Counted from the stretch's first letter, positions 31,201 to 40,318 are shown. The stretch: 64,000 nt of DNA from Ignavibacteria bacterium CG2_30_36_16 (GCA_001873185.1 MNYQ01000136.1:401-64400), one strand, 5' to 3'. Notes: generated from the letters alone by a model not told the origin. Made by a program: numbers and translations.

Positions 31201-31709
31201 TAATCAAGCGTCTCCGCTTTCTTTAAAATGTCCTCCGGTGAGAGACCCATATTATCTAATTCTTCCTTTGCCGATTTTGCAAGTTCGTGATCGGGGTATT
31301 TCTGAAGAAATAAATTATACGCTTTTGTTGCTTCGTCATAATTCTGCAATTCATTTGCCTGAACGAAACCGCTCATAAATAATGATACTGGTGCATATTT
31401 ATTTTGAGGATATTTTTCAAAAATCTTCTTGAACGATTCAATGGATTTGTTCATAGATTCTTCCCTTGTCAGGTCAGGCAGCAGCACCCCTTGATATATT
31501 GTAGCAAGCTGGTATAAAGCTTCTGGCGCCTGCTCGCTCTCCGGGTATTCATCTATTAATTTCTGATAAGCAGCAACAGCCTCGGATGTTTTATTGTTTT
31601 TTAAATTTTCGGAAGCTTCGTTCATATAATCTTCTGCTGAATTTCCGCAGCCAATAAGAGTTAGAATCGATGTAATAAAAAGAACGGTAATAAAATATCT
31701 CATATTCAC
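31200..31709 (-). CDS. TPR-repeat lipoprotein
   Basis: Lipobox LIGC followed by TPR-like repeats. Its stop overlaps the start of the DUF58-like gene. Confidence 0.75.
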   Translation of the reverse strand: MNMRYFITVLFITSILTLIGCGNSAEDYMNEASENLKNNKTSEAVAAYQKLIDEYPESEQAPEALYQLATIYQGVLLPDLTREESMNKSIESFKKIFEKYPQNKYAPVSLFMSGFVQANELQNYDEATKAYNLFLQKYPDHELAKSAKEELDNMGLSPEDILKKAETLD

Positions 31710-32321
31710 TTTTCAATTGTTAGTATTAAAAACGCGGGTAAAATTATCAAATTAGGATTATACAATCAATGTATTCTCGATTGATTTAAACAAAAAAGCC
31801 ACGCATATTCCGGCGGGGCTTTTGCGTAAAATAATTATCGAATTGTAGAGTAGGACAAGGGCGCAGTTCCCGCTTGCGGGACTGTTTCTCTTGAACCCCC
31901 GTCACCCGCCCCGTAACAAAAATATTTTTACCGCCAGCTTGATTAATAATTATGAGCGGTTTAACTTGCATTTGCAATTAATGCTAAAGGCTTGGAACTG
32001 GTGACTTTTGATATATTTATTCGGTGTGGTTTTAAGAATTAAATAATCATTTTTTTAATAATACAGAGGGTGTATTATAAACAGTAACTATTTTCTTTTT
32101 CCTAACGGCTTCAGTGTTGTACTTCTTTCAGTTCCGCGCAGCGCGGAAAATACTCCTCTCGAAGGTTCCCGCAATTTAATACTCAATTTTAAAATCTATC
32201 TTTTAGCAATTGTTTTTATTAGCAGGGCAGATGATATTGAACAATTAAATAACCCGGACAAACAGAAAAACAACAACAAATTACTTTTAAGAAAAGAAAT
32301 TTCGCACCCGCGCTTTGCCGA

Positions 32322-32545
32322 CATGCACCCATACAAAGGCTCCATACATTCATTCAAAGCCTTCATACACCCATACAAAGATTCCATACATTCATTCAAA
32401 ACCTCCATGCAGTCATGCAAAGGTTACGTGCATTCAATCAAAGCCATCTTGCGGTCGTTCAAAGCCATCTTGCAGTCATTCAAAGCCATCTTACGTGTGA
32501 GCGAAATCATCTTGCGGGCGTTCAAAGCCATCTTGCAACGGCGCA
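32322..32545. repeat. Tandem array of about 10.5 degenerate 21-bp units
   Basis: Units start at 32322, 32343, 32364 ... 32532. The best-conserved form is CTTGCRGTCRTTCAAAGCCAT, seen in units 7, 8 and 10. Confidence 0.85.
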
Positions 32546-32690
32546 ATTACTTGCTGTGTAACAACAGAAACGATAAAAAGATACAAAAATACGCAAATTA
32601 CGAGGTTTTATACACCCAAATTCTGAATACCCCAACTTGCCCGGGGGAAAGGGCAAAATCAACAAATAAATTTCCCGAAAGGAGAATGAT

Positions 32691-33368
32691 ATGCGCGGAA
32701 AACTCGAAAATTATTTTTCGATGCTCAGAAGCGTAGACGGTCTGCTCAAACTGAATACTGTTATTGTTGATGCTGTTGCAGCTTTCAAAAGAGCGGCGTT
32801 AGAACTGAGTAATTTGCTTACCGAAGTAAGCGAATTAGAAACAACAAGACCTTCGACCACCACGGGTAAAACCGAAAAAAAGCGAAACGCCAAATACGCG
32901 CTTTGCGAGGCAGGCGCAAATGTATGCGCAGCTATCAGGGTTTACGCCGAAGAGACTGAGAAGAAAGATTTGCTTGCGGAAGCGATGTATACCGAAAGCG
33001 ACTTTAAGAGAATGCGGGACACCGAGCTGCCCGATAAAGTTGGCGCGGTAAAAAATCTGGCTGAGGCAAACAAAACCGATTTAGCGGATTATGGTGTTGA
33101 CCAGGCGGAGATAGACAACCTTGCTACCCTTATTACAGCATATAACAGCGCGATGGCGGAGAAGGATGATATTGTAGCCGGCAGCATTTACTCTACACAG
33201 GCGCTTGAAGGGCTTGAGGAAAGAGGACGTAAAATAATAAACCGGCTCGATCTGCTTGTAGAACGTTTGCAGACAACACAGTCGGAATTTTGCGGCAAAT
33301 ACCTTACAGCACGCCGTATAATTGACGTTGGTGTAAGGCACGAAAAACCCGAACCGACGAATCCGTGA
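32691..33368 (+). CDS. Hypothetical protein (225 aa), visibly more GC-rich than the downstream cassettes
   Basis: Long ORF with AGGAG 7 nt upstream of the ATG. I recognised no motif. Confidence 0.6.
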   Translation: MRGKLENYFSMLRSVDGLLKLNTVIVDAVAAFKRAALELSNLLTEVSELETTRPSTTTGKTEKKRNAKYALCEAGANVCAAIRVYAEETEKKDLLAEAMYTESDFKRMRDTELPDKVGAVKNLAEANKTDLADYGVDQAEIDNLATLITAYNSAMAEKDDIVAGSIYSTQALEGLEERGRKIINRLDLLVERLQTTQSEFCGKYLTARRIIDVGVRHEKPEPTNP

Positions 33369-33402
33369 TGGAAGTAAAAGGAATGTACGGTGGAGTTTTA
33401 AT

Positions 33403-33440
33403 CATTATACATTATACATTATACATTGTACATTGTTCAT
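33403..33440. repeat. 7-bp microsatellite (CATTATA-type, about 5 units)
   Basis: cattatacattatacattatacattgtacattgttcat. Confidence 0.8.
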
Positions 33441-33491
33441 CGTGCATTCTTTCTGATTGTTTACTGCTGGTAAGTTATTTGAAGAGATAAG

Positions 33492-33509
33492 ATCCGTTTG
33501 TTAACGGAT
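33492..33509. repeat. PAL-1 palindrome copy (variant)
   Basis: atccgtttgttaacggat. Confidence 0.55.
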
Positions 33510-33556
33510 TAAAAATTTTTGTGAAGGTTTTTGATTTGGAGTTTTTTATTGGTAAG

Positions 33557-33697
33557 CTTTGCTTTTTGCGGATGTAAAAAGTAGAAGGAAATTTTTTCCC
33601 GCTAGAAGCGGGATGTATTCCAAAAATAAAATTAATTGCGGTGTTGTGTTTTAACAACTTGTCCCGATATTATCGGGATAACACGTCGTTATGCGTT
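33557..33697 (+). repeat. attC-like composite repeat, copy A1 (5' limit uncertain)
   Basis: Contains hairpins H2-H5 of the family. It ends gtcccgatattatcgggaTAACacgtcGTTATGCGTT. Confidence 0.75.
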
Positions 33698-33704
33698 CAA
33701 AAAA

Positions 33705-36377
33705 ATGATAAAAAGTATAACAGAATTATCTCCATATGAACTTGGAGAGACCAATAAAATTGAGGCAATACCATTTATTATTGAATATTTGGAAAATGGT
33801 AGTTCCAACGAAAGGAGATTGGCTGCCTCGGCTATCAATAAGCTTAAAATTATTTATCACGAGGAATGTAAATCTGCTATTCCTTATCTAATAAATATTC
33901 TGGATGAATCATACCCTCAACAAACTCAATACGCCTTAAAAGCGCTTCTTGGTTTTGATTTACCCAAATATGCGTTACCTATTTTTAAGAAAATTTCAAT
34001 TGAAGGCAAGAAACCTTATAATAAGGAGCTTGCTTTGCAAATTCTAAATACGAAAAACTTTAAAGGCGAAATTCATAATTCTATGGCAAAAAATACTTTT
34101 ATTGATAATAATATTACTGAAGAGCAAAAGGAAGTTATTCATCACCCATTTGGTAAACACGCCAAAGTTTTAGCGGTTGCTGGTTCTGGGAAAACAACCA
34201 CAATGGCTAATAGAATAATCCACTTGATTAAGAATAGATCAGTTCCAAAAGATTCAATTCAAGTTTTAATGTTTAATAAACTTGCTAAAGATCAATTTGT
34301 TAAAAAACTTTTGCAACTTGGCTTATCATTAGAGAACTCACCATCTGTAAATACGTTCCATTCTTTTTGTTATCGAATAATATCATCTGCAATGTCTAAA
34401 GGTCATCTTCCTAAATATGACAATTGGAATGGAGACAAAGAAGAATTGGTGTGGTTCTATCTTGAACTAGTTATTTCAGAACTTGAAAAAAAGAAACTAA
34501 TTCCTCCAAACAGTGTTGATAGAGATGAATGCAAAAACGCAATAAGTTTATGGAAAGGATCTCTTATTCCACCTAGTAGGGCTGGTTATAAAGGTAATGA
34601 AAATTATGCAATTGTATATAAATATTTTGAAGATAAGCGAAACTACAAAAAAGCCATTACATTTGATGATTTTGTTCCATTAACGATTGAATCAATAACC
34701 GGTTCTAATTCTGCATATTTCAAAGATAATATTTCGTTTTTAATCGTGGACGAGTACCAAGATGTTAATTATGGGCAGCAAAAGTTAATTGAACTAATAA
34801 CAAATAAATCTACAGACATTATGGTCGTTGGAGACGATGACCAAACGATATACGAGTGGAGGGGGGCAAGACCAGAATATATAATTAATGATTTCGATAT
34901 AGTTTTTAATAATAAATCCGTAACAGAATATAAACTTTCACATTCTTTTCGTTTTGGTCCTTTAATCGCACAATCCGCTCAGAATTGTATAAGCCACAAT
35001 ACCAAACGAACAGAAAAGAATCTTCTTTCAAAGTCGATAAATCAATCAATTATTTCTATTCTCAGTGAATCATCAGAACAAAGCACTGATGTTGAAAAAC
35101 AAATGGTAGAGCAGATTATTGTATTGGTTAAAAGCGGACATTCCCTACCAAATGATGTTGTTGTATTAGTTCGTCTGTATCACCAATTGTTCGGTATGGA
35201 GAAGGAATTACTAGCTAGAAAAGTGCCTTATCGAGTGGTAGGTCAAAGTCCATTTTTCGAGAGAAAAGAAATTAAATCCTTAATAAATTATATAACACTA
35301 AGTAAATCACTAGATGTAGCTGTTAATGAGGATAACAAAAACACTCTTTTCTCAATTATTAATTATCCATCGAGGAAAATCACCAGAAGTGAAATTGAGC
35401 GATATGTCAATAAAGCTATATCAAGTGGCGCGACATATAGAGAACTAATCTCAAAGCTTTACGAGGACGAGGTCTCGATATTCATTTCTCTTCAAAAAGA
35501 CAGATTATTAGAATTTCATTATTTACTAGAAAAATTGGAAGAAAAAATTATTGATAAAAATAATTTAGCTGGTAATATTCTAAAGTGGTTAGTGGAGAAA
35601 ATTGAATTAAAAAAATATTTTATTGATTACTATGGCGATGGTGAGTCCTCAAATGATCGTATAAAGGTTGTTGATAAATTTATTGAATATGCTACAAGTA
35701 CAAACAAACCTTTGTCCCATTTTATAGAGCATTTGTCAAAGCTTGATACTACAAGAGGTAAAAGACCTGAAGAGCAAATATTATTAACATCAATTTTCAG
35801 AACAAAAGGTTTGGAATATGACTATGTCTTTATCCCAGAATGTATCGAAGGAAATATGCCTTGCCTAAAGGGTAATGAAATTAATATTTATGACAAAACT
35901 AGCCAAGTAAAGGAGCCGAAACCCTCAGAGGTTATACAAAATGAAAGACGTTTATTTTATGTCGCTATAACAAGGGCTCGAAAAGCCTGTTTTGTTGGAA
36001 CTTCATCGATTCCAAAGGAGGGTCTTCAACAGTCCTCAAATCCGGCAAAACATTCAAGATTCATTGAAGAGATTGAATTTGATAAGCTATCAAAAATATA
36101 TAATTACCTTAATCTTTCAGAAATATCAGATGAGGATTTTAATAAGCTAATAAATGACGTCAACACAAATTCATTAAACAAAAATACTCTTAATAATTTT
36201 CTGTACTATTTAACGGATAAACTTGATACAAACAAACTAGGTCAATTAAGTAAAATAATATTAAAATTATCACCCAAACCATTTTGTTATGCAACGAGTT
36301 ATAATTCTGATTTAGAATCAAGTAAAATTAAGAAACCAGAAAAATGGAGAAGTATTTGGGACGAAATAGAATTATAA
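33705..36377 (+). CDS. UvrD/Rep-family helicase with an N-terminal HEAT-repeat domain (cassette 1)
   Basis: Helicase motifs are AVAGSGKTTT, VDEYQDVN, VGDDDQTIYEWRGA, FRTKGLEYD and FYVAITRARK. The N-terminal ~140 aa are HEAT-like. The start is taken at ATG 33705 because the track's 33636 start lies inside repeat A1. Confidence 0.85.
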   Translation: MIKSITELSPYELGETNKIEAIPFIIEYLENGSSNERRLAASAINKLKIIYHEECKSAIPYLINILDESYPQQTQYALKALLGFDLPKYALPIFKKISIEGKKPYNKELALQILNTKNFKGEIHNSMAKNTFIDNNITEEQKEVIHHPFGKHAKVLAVAGSGKTTTMANRIIHLIKNRSVPKDSIQVLMFNKLAKDQFVKKLLQLGLSLENSPSVNTFHSFCYRIISSAMSKGHLPKYDNWNGDKEELVWFYLELVISELEKKKLIPPNSVDRDECKNAISLWKGSLIPPSRAGYKGNENYAIVYKYFEDKRNYKKAITFDDFVPLTIESITGSNSAYFKDNISFLIVDEYQDVNYGQQKLIELITNKSTDIMVVGDDDQTIYEWRGARPEYIINDFDIVFNNKSVTEYKLSHSFRFGPLIAQSAQNCISHNTKRTEKNLLSKSINQSIISILSESSEQSTDVEKQMVEQIIVLVKSGHSLPNDVVVLVRLYHQLFGMEKELLARKVPYRVVGQSPFFERKEIKSLINYITLSKSLDVAVNEDNKNTLFSIINYPSRKITRSEIERYVNKAISSGATYRELISKLYEDEVSIFISLQKDRLLEFHYLLEKLEEKIIDKNNLAGNILKWLVEKIELKKYFIDYYGDGESSNDRIKVVDKFIEYATSTNKPLSHFIEHLSKLDTTRGKRPEEQILLTSIFRTKGLEYDYVFIPECIEGNMPCLKGNEINIYDKTSQVKEPKPSEVIQNERRLFYVAITRARKACFVGTSSIPKEGLQQSSNPAKHSRFIEEIEFDKLSKIYNYLNLSEISDEDFNKLINDVNTNSLNKNTLNNFLYYLTDKLDTNKLGQLSKIILKLSPKPFCYATSYNSDLESSKIKKPEKWRSIWDEIEL

Positions 36378-36572
36378 ACGCATAACAAGTTATTCCGTTT
36401 AAAGTCAACTTAAAATTTAGATGTTCGTTAAATTTTGTTAAGTGCTTTCGGGGCGTAGTTATCCCGAAAAAACAAAAACAACCCTTGCTTTTTGCGTATG
36501 TAAAAAGTAGAAGGAAATCATTAAAATAAAATTAAATACGGTGTTGTGTTTTAACAACTTGTCCCGTTCGTT
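36377..36572 (+). repeat. attC-like composite repeat, copy A2 (H3 deleted, 3' end truncated)
   Basis: Begins with AACGCATAAC, the exact reverse complement of 33688-33697. It shares the 5' module with A5, lacks the TCCCGC..GCGGGA hairpin, and ends gtcccGTTCGTT. Confidence 0.75.
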
Positions 36573-36824
36573 AGCCAACGGATTGCCAGTGGAGTTTGTA
36601 TATACAGAATTAGCGCAATGAAGGAAGGGAAAACACTTTTTAATGAATCCAAGCAGATGGTATTAGTCAAATAATAAAAATGAGGCGTCTTTTTAAAAAT
36701 AAATTTTAATAAAAATATAGTATGCAAACCGCCTTGCATACTATAAGAAATTTTGGCAGCATAATTAATACTTAACCATTTTGGTTAAAATCTAATAATA
36801 ATATTTTTCTAAGGAGGAAAATTT

Positions 36825-39140
36825 GTGAAAAGAGCAGCTTTACTTATCGCCTTTGTAATTCTTGGCAATATTACAATTGCACAGTGGGTACAAACCAATG
36901 GACCGTACGGCGGCGAAATTCAATGCTTTGCCGTCTCGGGCTCGAATCTCTTTGCCGGAACTTATGGCGGCGGCGTCTTTCTTTCCACTAACAACGGCAC
37001 AAGCTGGACGGAGGTCAATTCTGGTTTGACTAATACTGATGTAAGTGCCCTTGCCGTCTCGAGCTTGAATCTCCTTGCCGGAACTCGTGGCGGCGGCGTC
37101 TTTCTATCGACCAACAACGGCACAAGCTGGACAGCAGTCAATTCTGGTTTGACCAATAATTCTGTACATGCCCTTGCCGTCTCGGGCACGAATCTCTTTG
37201 CCGGGACCGGTGGTGGCGTCTTTCTTTCCACGGACAACGGCACAAGCTGGACTGCGGTCAATTCTGGTTTGACCAGTACTAGAGTATATGCCCTTGCCGT
37301 CTCGGGCTTGAATCTCTTTGCCGGAACTTGGAACAGCGGCGTCTTTCTATCCACCAACAACGGCACAAGCTGGACGGAGGTCAATTCCGGTTTGACCAGT
37401 ACCTATGTGTATGCCCTTGCCGTCTCGGGATCGAATCTCTTTGCCGGAACTTATTACGGCGGCGTCTTTCTTTCCACTAACAACGGCACAAGCTGGACGG
37501 AGGTCAATTCTGGTTTGACTAATACTTCTGTACGTGCCCTTGCCGTCTCCGGCACGAATCTCTTTGCCGGAACTCTTGGCGGTGTCTTTCTTTCCACCAA
37601 CAACGGCACAAGCTGGACGGAGGTCAATTCTGGTTTGACTAATACTCATGTACTTGCCTTTGCCGTCTCGGGCGTGAATCTCTTTGCCGGAACTTGGGGC
37701 GGCGTCTTTCTTTCCACCAACAACGGCACAAGCTGGACGGAGGTCAATTCTGGTTTGACCAATTCTTATGTATTTGCCTTTGCAGTCTCGGGCTCGAATC
37801 TCTTTGCCGGAATTTATGGCGGCGTCTTTCTTTCCACTAACAACGGCACAAGCTGGACGGCGGTCAATTCTGGTTTGACTAATACTTCTGTACGTGCCCT
37901 TGCCGTCTCCGGCTCGAATCTCTTTGCCGGAACTGATTACGGCGGCGTCTTTCTTTCCACTAACAACGGCACAAGCTGGACGGAGGTCAATTCTGGTTTG
38001 ACTAATACTTTTGTACTTGCCCTTGCCGTCTCGGGCTCGAATCTCTTTGCCGGAACTGGCGGCGGCGGCGTCTTTCTTTCCACCAACAACGGCACAAGCT
38101 GGACGGAAGTCAATTCTGGTTTGACCAATACTTCTGTACTTGACTTTGCCGTCTCGGGCTCGAATCTCTTTGCCGGAACTTTTAACGGCGTCTTTCTTTC
38201 CACCAACAACGGCACAAACTGGACGGCGGTCAATTTTGGTTTGACCAATACTTATGTAAGAGTCTTTGCTGTCTCAAGCTCGAATCTCTTCGCCGGAACT
38301 GAGGGCGGGGTCTTTCTTTCCACCAACAACGGCACAAGCTGGACGGCGGTCAATTCTGGTTTGACTAATACTCATGTACTTGCCTTTGCCGTCTCTGGCG
38401 CGAATCTCTTTGCCGGAACTTATAGCGGCGTCTTTCTTTCCACCGACAACGGCACAAGCTGGACGGCGGTCAATTCTGGTTTGACCTATACTTATGTCAA
38501 TGCCCTTGCCGTCTCGGGCGTGAATCTCTTTGCCGGGACTTGGGGCGGCGGTGTTTGGAGAAGGCCCTTGGATGAGATACCAGTAGAGCTCACATCATTC
38601 GCAGCATCAGTACAGGAAAATAAAGTTGTTCTTAACTGGGCAACGGCAACAGAAACAAATAATCAGGGATTTGAGATTGAAAGAAAACTATTCGGCAGTA
38701 ATTATGAAAAAATTGGATCTGTAACTGGTTTCGGAACGACAACCGAACCAAAATCATATTCATTTAAAGATGAAAATGTTACTAGTGAAAAATATTCATA
38801 TAGATTAAAACAGATTGACTTTGACGGAACATTTGAATACTCAAATGTGATAGAAGTAGAAGTTGACTTTACTCCCAAAGAATATACACTCTATCAAAAC
38901 TACCCCAACCCATTCAACCCAAGCACAACAATCAGCTTCTCAATTCCTGAGGGGAGTTTTGTAACGCTTAAAATTTATGATATGCTTGGAAGAGAAGTAG
39001 CGATTCTTATCTCCGAAGAATTATCTGCCGGAACCTACTCACAGCAATGGAATGCAGTAGGGTTAGCAGGCGGAATTTACTTCTATAGTTTGCAAGCAGG
39101 TTCTTTCGTTGAGACCATGAAACTCGTTTTGCTTAAGTAA
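36825..39140 (+). CDS. Secreted beta-propeller-type repeat protein (BNR/Ycf48-like repeats) with a T9SS C-terminal sorting domain
   Basis: GTG start with AGGAGG upstream, followed by a signal peptide. It carries about 13-14 repeats of roughly 40 aa (GGVFLSTNNGTSWTEVNSGLTNTxVxALAVSGSNLFAGT). The C-terminus is NYPNPFNPSTTISF...GIYFYSLQAG. Confidence 0.88.
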   Translation: MKRAALLIAFVILGNITIAQWVQTNGPYGGEIQCFAVSGSNLFAGTYGGGVFLSTNNGTSWTEVNSGLTNTDVSALAVSSLNLLAGTRGGGVFLSTNNGTSWTAVNSGLTNNSVHALAVSGTNLFAGTGGGVFLSTDNGTSWTAVNSGLTSTRVYALAVSGLNLFAGTWNSGVFLSTNNGTSWTEVNSGLTSTYVYALAVSGSNLFAGTYYGGVFLSTNNGTSWTEVNSGLTNTSVRALAVSGTNLFAGTLGGVFLSTNNGTSWTEVNSGLTNTHVLAFAVSGVNLFAGTWGGVFLSTNNGTSWTEVNSGLTNSYVFAFAVSGSNLFAGIYGGVFLSTNNGTSWTAVNSGLTNTSVRALAVSGSNLFAGTDYGGVFLSTNNGTSWTEVNSGLTNTFVLALAVSGSNLFAGTGGGGVFLSTNNGTSWTEVNSGLTNTSVLDFAVSGSNLFAGTFNGVFLSTNNGTNWTAVNFGLTNTYVRVFAVSSSNLFAGTEGGVFLSTNNGTSWTAVNSGLTNTHVLAFAVSGANLFAGTYSGVFLSTDNGTSWTAVNSGLTYTYVNALAVSGVNLFAGTWGGGVWRRPLDEIPVELTSFAASVQENKVVLNWATATETNNQGFEIERKLFGSNYEKIGSVTGFGTTTEPKSYSFKDENVTSEKYSYRLKQIDFDGTFEYSNVIEVEVDFTPKEYTLYQNYPNPFNPSTTISFSIPEGSFVTLKIYDMLGREVAILISEELSAGTYSQQWNAVGLAGGIYFYSLQAGSFVETMKLVLLK
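36900..38560 (+). repeat. In-frame tandem DNA repeats (period about 120-123 nt) inside the beta-propeller gene
   Basis: gtcaattctggtttgac recurs at 37016, 37138, 37258, 37623, 37743, 37863, 37986, 38109, 38349 and 38469. One-mismatch variants (gtcaattccggtttgac, gtcaattttggtttgac) fill the series at 37379 and 38229. The flanking sequence is near-identical between units. Confidence 0.9.
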
Positions 39141-39258
39141 AACGAAAGCGGAAATCTTTTCCCGCTAGAAGCGGGATTGGCGCCCAAAATAATTAATATG
39201 GCAATGTTGTGTTTTAACAACTTGTCCCGCTTTGCGGGCTAACACGCCGTTATATAGC
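39141..39258 (+). repeat. attC-like composite repeat, copy A3 (short form, H3-H5 only)
   Basis: aacgaaagcggaaatcttttCCCGCtagaaGCGGG...gtcccgctttgcgggcTAACacgccGTTATATAGC. Confidence 0.75.
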
Positions 39259-39269
39259 TTAGGAAAACT

Positions 39270-39971
39270 ATGACAATTGATAATTCAGAAATAATTCTGA
39301 AATGGTATATTGATTTAGAAGAAAGATTCGTAAGTTTGACTAAATCAATTCCAATAAATCCCAAAAACATAAAAGTAGAATTACCACTATTAGCTAGCAT
39401 TATTGTGGAAGGTGGAAGTTTAATTGACACCATTTTTAGAGAAGAATGTAATAATGGTAAAAGAAAAGATAGAAACAATATTGGCGCTTATTGTAAATAT
39501 TTTGAGCCTCAGATTCATTTAATGAATGCATTATCTGTCCCGCTTGTATTTCCACCACAATATTTAAACCCATTTAAAGGTTGGTATGTTAAGTCAAGGA
39601 ACGATTATAAGGCAAGAAAATGGTGGCAGAATTATAATTTTATTAAACATAGCCGTATAGAGAATTCGCATTTTTCAACAATGGAAACAGCTTTTTTAAC
39701 ATTATGTGGTTTACACCAAGTAATGACAAAGATTGACATATTTATTGATAGTTTGTTACGAAATGGATTTGTTTCTTATGGCGGATTAAATCTTGATTAC
39801 TTATTGAACAAGATAAGAAACAAAGAATATTATGGAAGGATATTAATTGAAACAAAATTATTCGCAACTCCATTTGGTATCCACAACTTTCCTAAGGATA
39901 TAAATCATATTCGTCCAATTGATTGGGGAAGTAGTAGAAAATTTTCTGAGTTTTTAGGTAGAGAAAGTTAA
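39270..39971 (+). CDS. Hypothetical protein (cassette 3), possible HEPN-type nuclease
   Basis: 233 aa. The segment WWQNYNFIKHSRIENSH contains an R-x4-H motif of HEPN type. This rests on motif-level evidence only. Confidence 0.6.
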   Translation: MTIDNSEIILKWYIDLEERFVSLTKSIPINPKNIKVELPLLASIIVEGGSLIDTIFREECNNGKRKDRNNIGAYCKYFEPQIHLMNALSVPLVFPPQYLNPFKGWYVKSRNDYKARKWWQNYNFIKHSRIENSHFSTMETAFLTLCGLHQVMTKIDIFIDSLLRNGFVSYGGLNLDYLLNKIRNKEYYGRILIETKLFATPFGIHNFPKDINHIRPIDWGSSRKFSEFLGRES

Positions 39972-39974
39972 AAC

Positions 39975-40318
39975 GCTATATACCGTTACAAGGTTTCACG
40001 CCAAGCGCAGCCGGGCATAATCCAGTGTTCCCCGTAAAGAAACGGGGTCTATGGATGGACTAAGCCGAAAAGCGGCTTAACCCGGACACTTGCATTTTCA
40101 GTAGTACATTTTATAAGTGTGTTAACTCTTGCGGGACGCAGCTATCCCGAAAGAAGAATATAACCCTTCCTTTTTGCGTATGTAAAAAGTAGAAGGAAAT
40201 CTTTTCCCGCTAGAAGCGGGATTGGCGCTCAAAATAATTAATACAGCAGTGTTGTGTTTTAACAACTTGTCCCGCCCGTTAGCCAACGGACTGACGGGAT
40301 AAAAAGGCGTTATACTGA
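39975..40318 (+). repeat. attC-like composite repeat, copy A4 (unique 5' multi-hairpin module plus H1-H5)
   Basis: Begins with GCTATATAcC, which matches the reverse complement of 39249-39258 at 9 of 10 positions. It ends gtcccgCCCGTTAGCCAACGGactgacgggaTAAAaaggcGTTATACTGA. Confidence 0.75.

Noticed and set aside
31786-31977. 63-aa minus-strand ORF
   Set aside because: It overlaps the GC-rich hairpin segment, has an Arg/Lys-rich low-complexity translation, and has no start context.
32196-32736. ORFs across the 21-bp tandem array, including a 137-aa heptad-repeat translation
   Set aside because: Several frames on both strands are open purely because of the 21-bp periodicity. The longest ORF also runs into the next gene's start region, and there is no start context. 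It is treated as a DNA repeat, although a genuine repeat protein cannot be fully excluded.
31710-33560. Search for an integron integrase or its remnant upstream of the array
   Set aside because: No ORF with tyrosine-recombinase features occurs on either strand here or anywhere in the window. The locus is therefore reported as an integrase-less array, not as a complete integron.
33636-33704. N-terminal extension of the helicase ORF (MRCCVLTTCPDIIGITRRYAFKK)
   Set aside because: This stretch is the conserved 3' part of repeat A1, and the same nucleotides precede unrelated genes. The in-frame ATG at 33705 is the plausible start.
36962-38248. Minus-strand ORFs of 100-140 aa inside the propeller gene
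   Set aside because: They are antisense shadows produced by the repetitive, GC-richer coding repeats. The + strand frame has a signal peptide, coherent repeats and a T9SS C-terminal domain.
40005-40090. tRNA-like cloverleaf in the 5' part of repeat A4
   Set aside because: It has a closing stem and two hairpins, but no D-arm, no T-loop consensus (GTTCRANYC), and the arm spacing is wrong.
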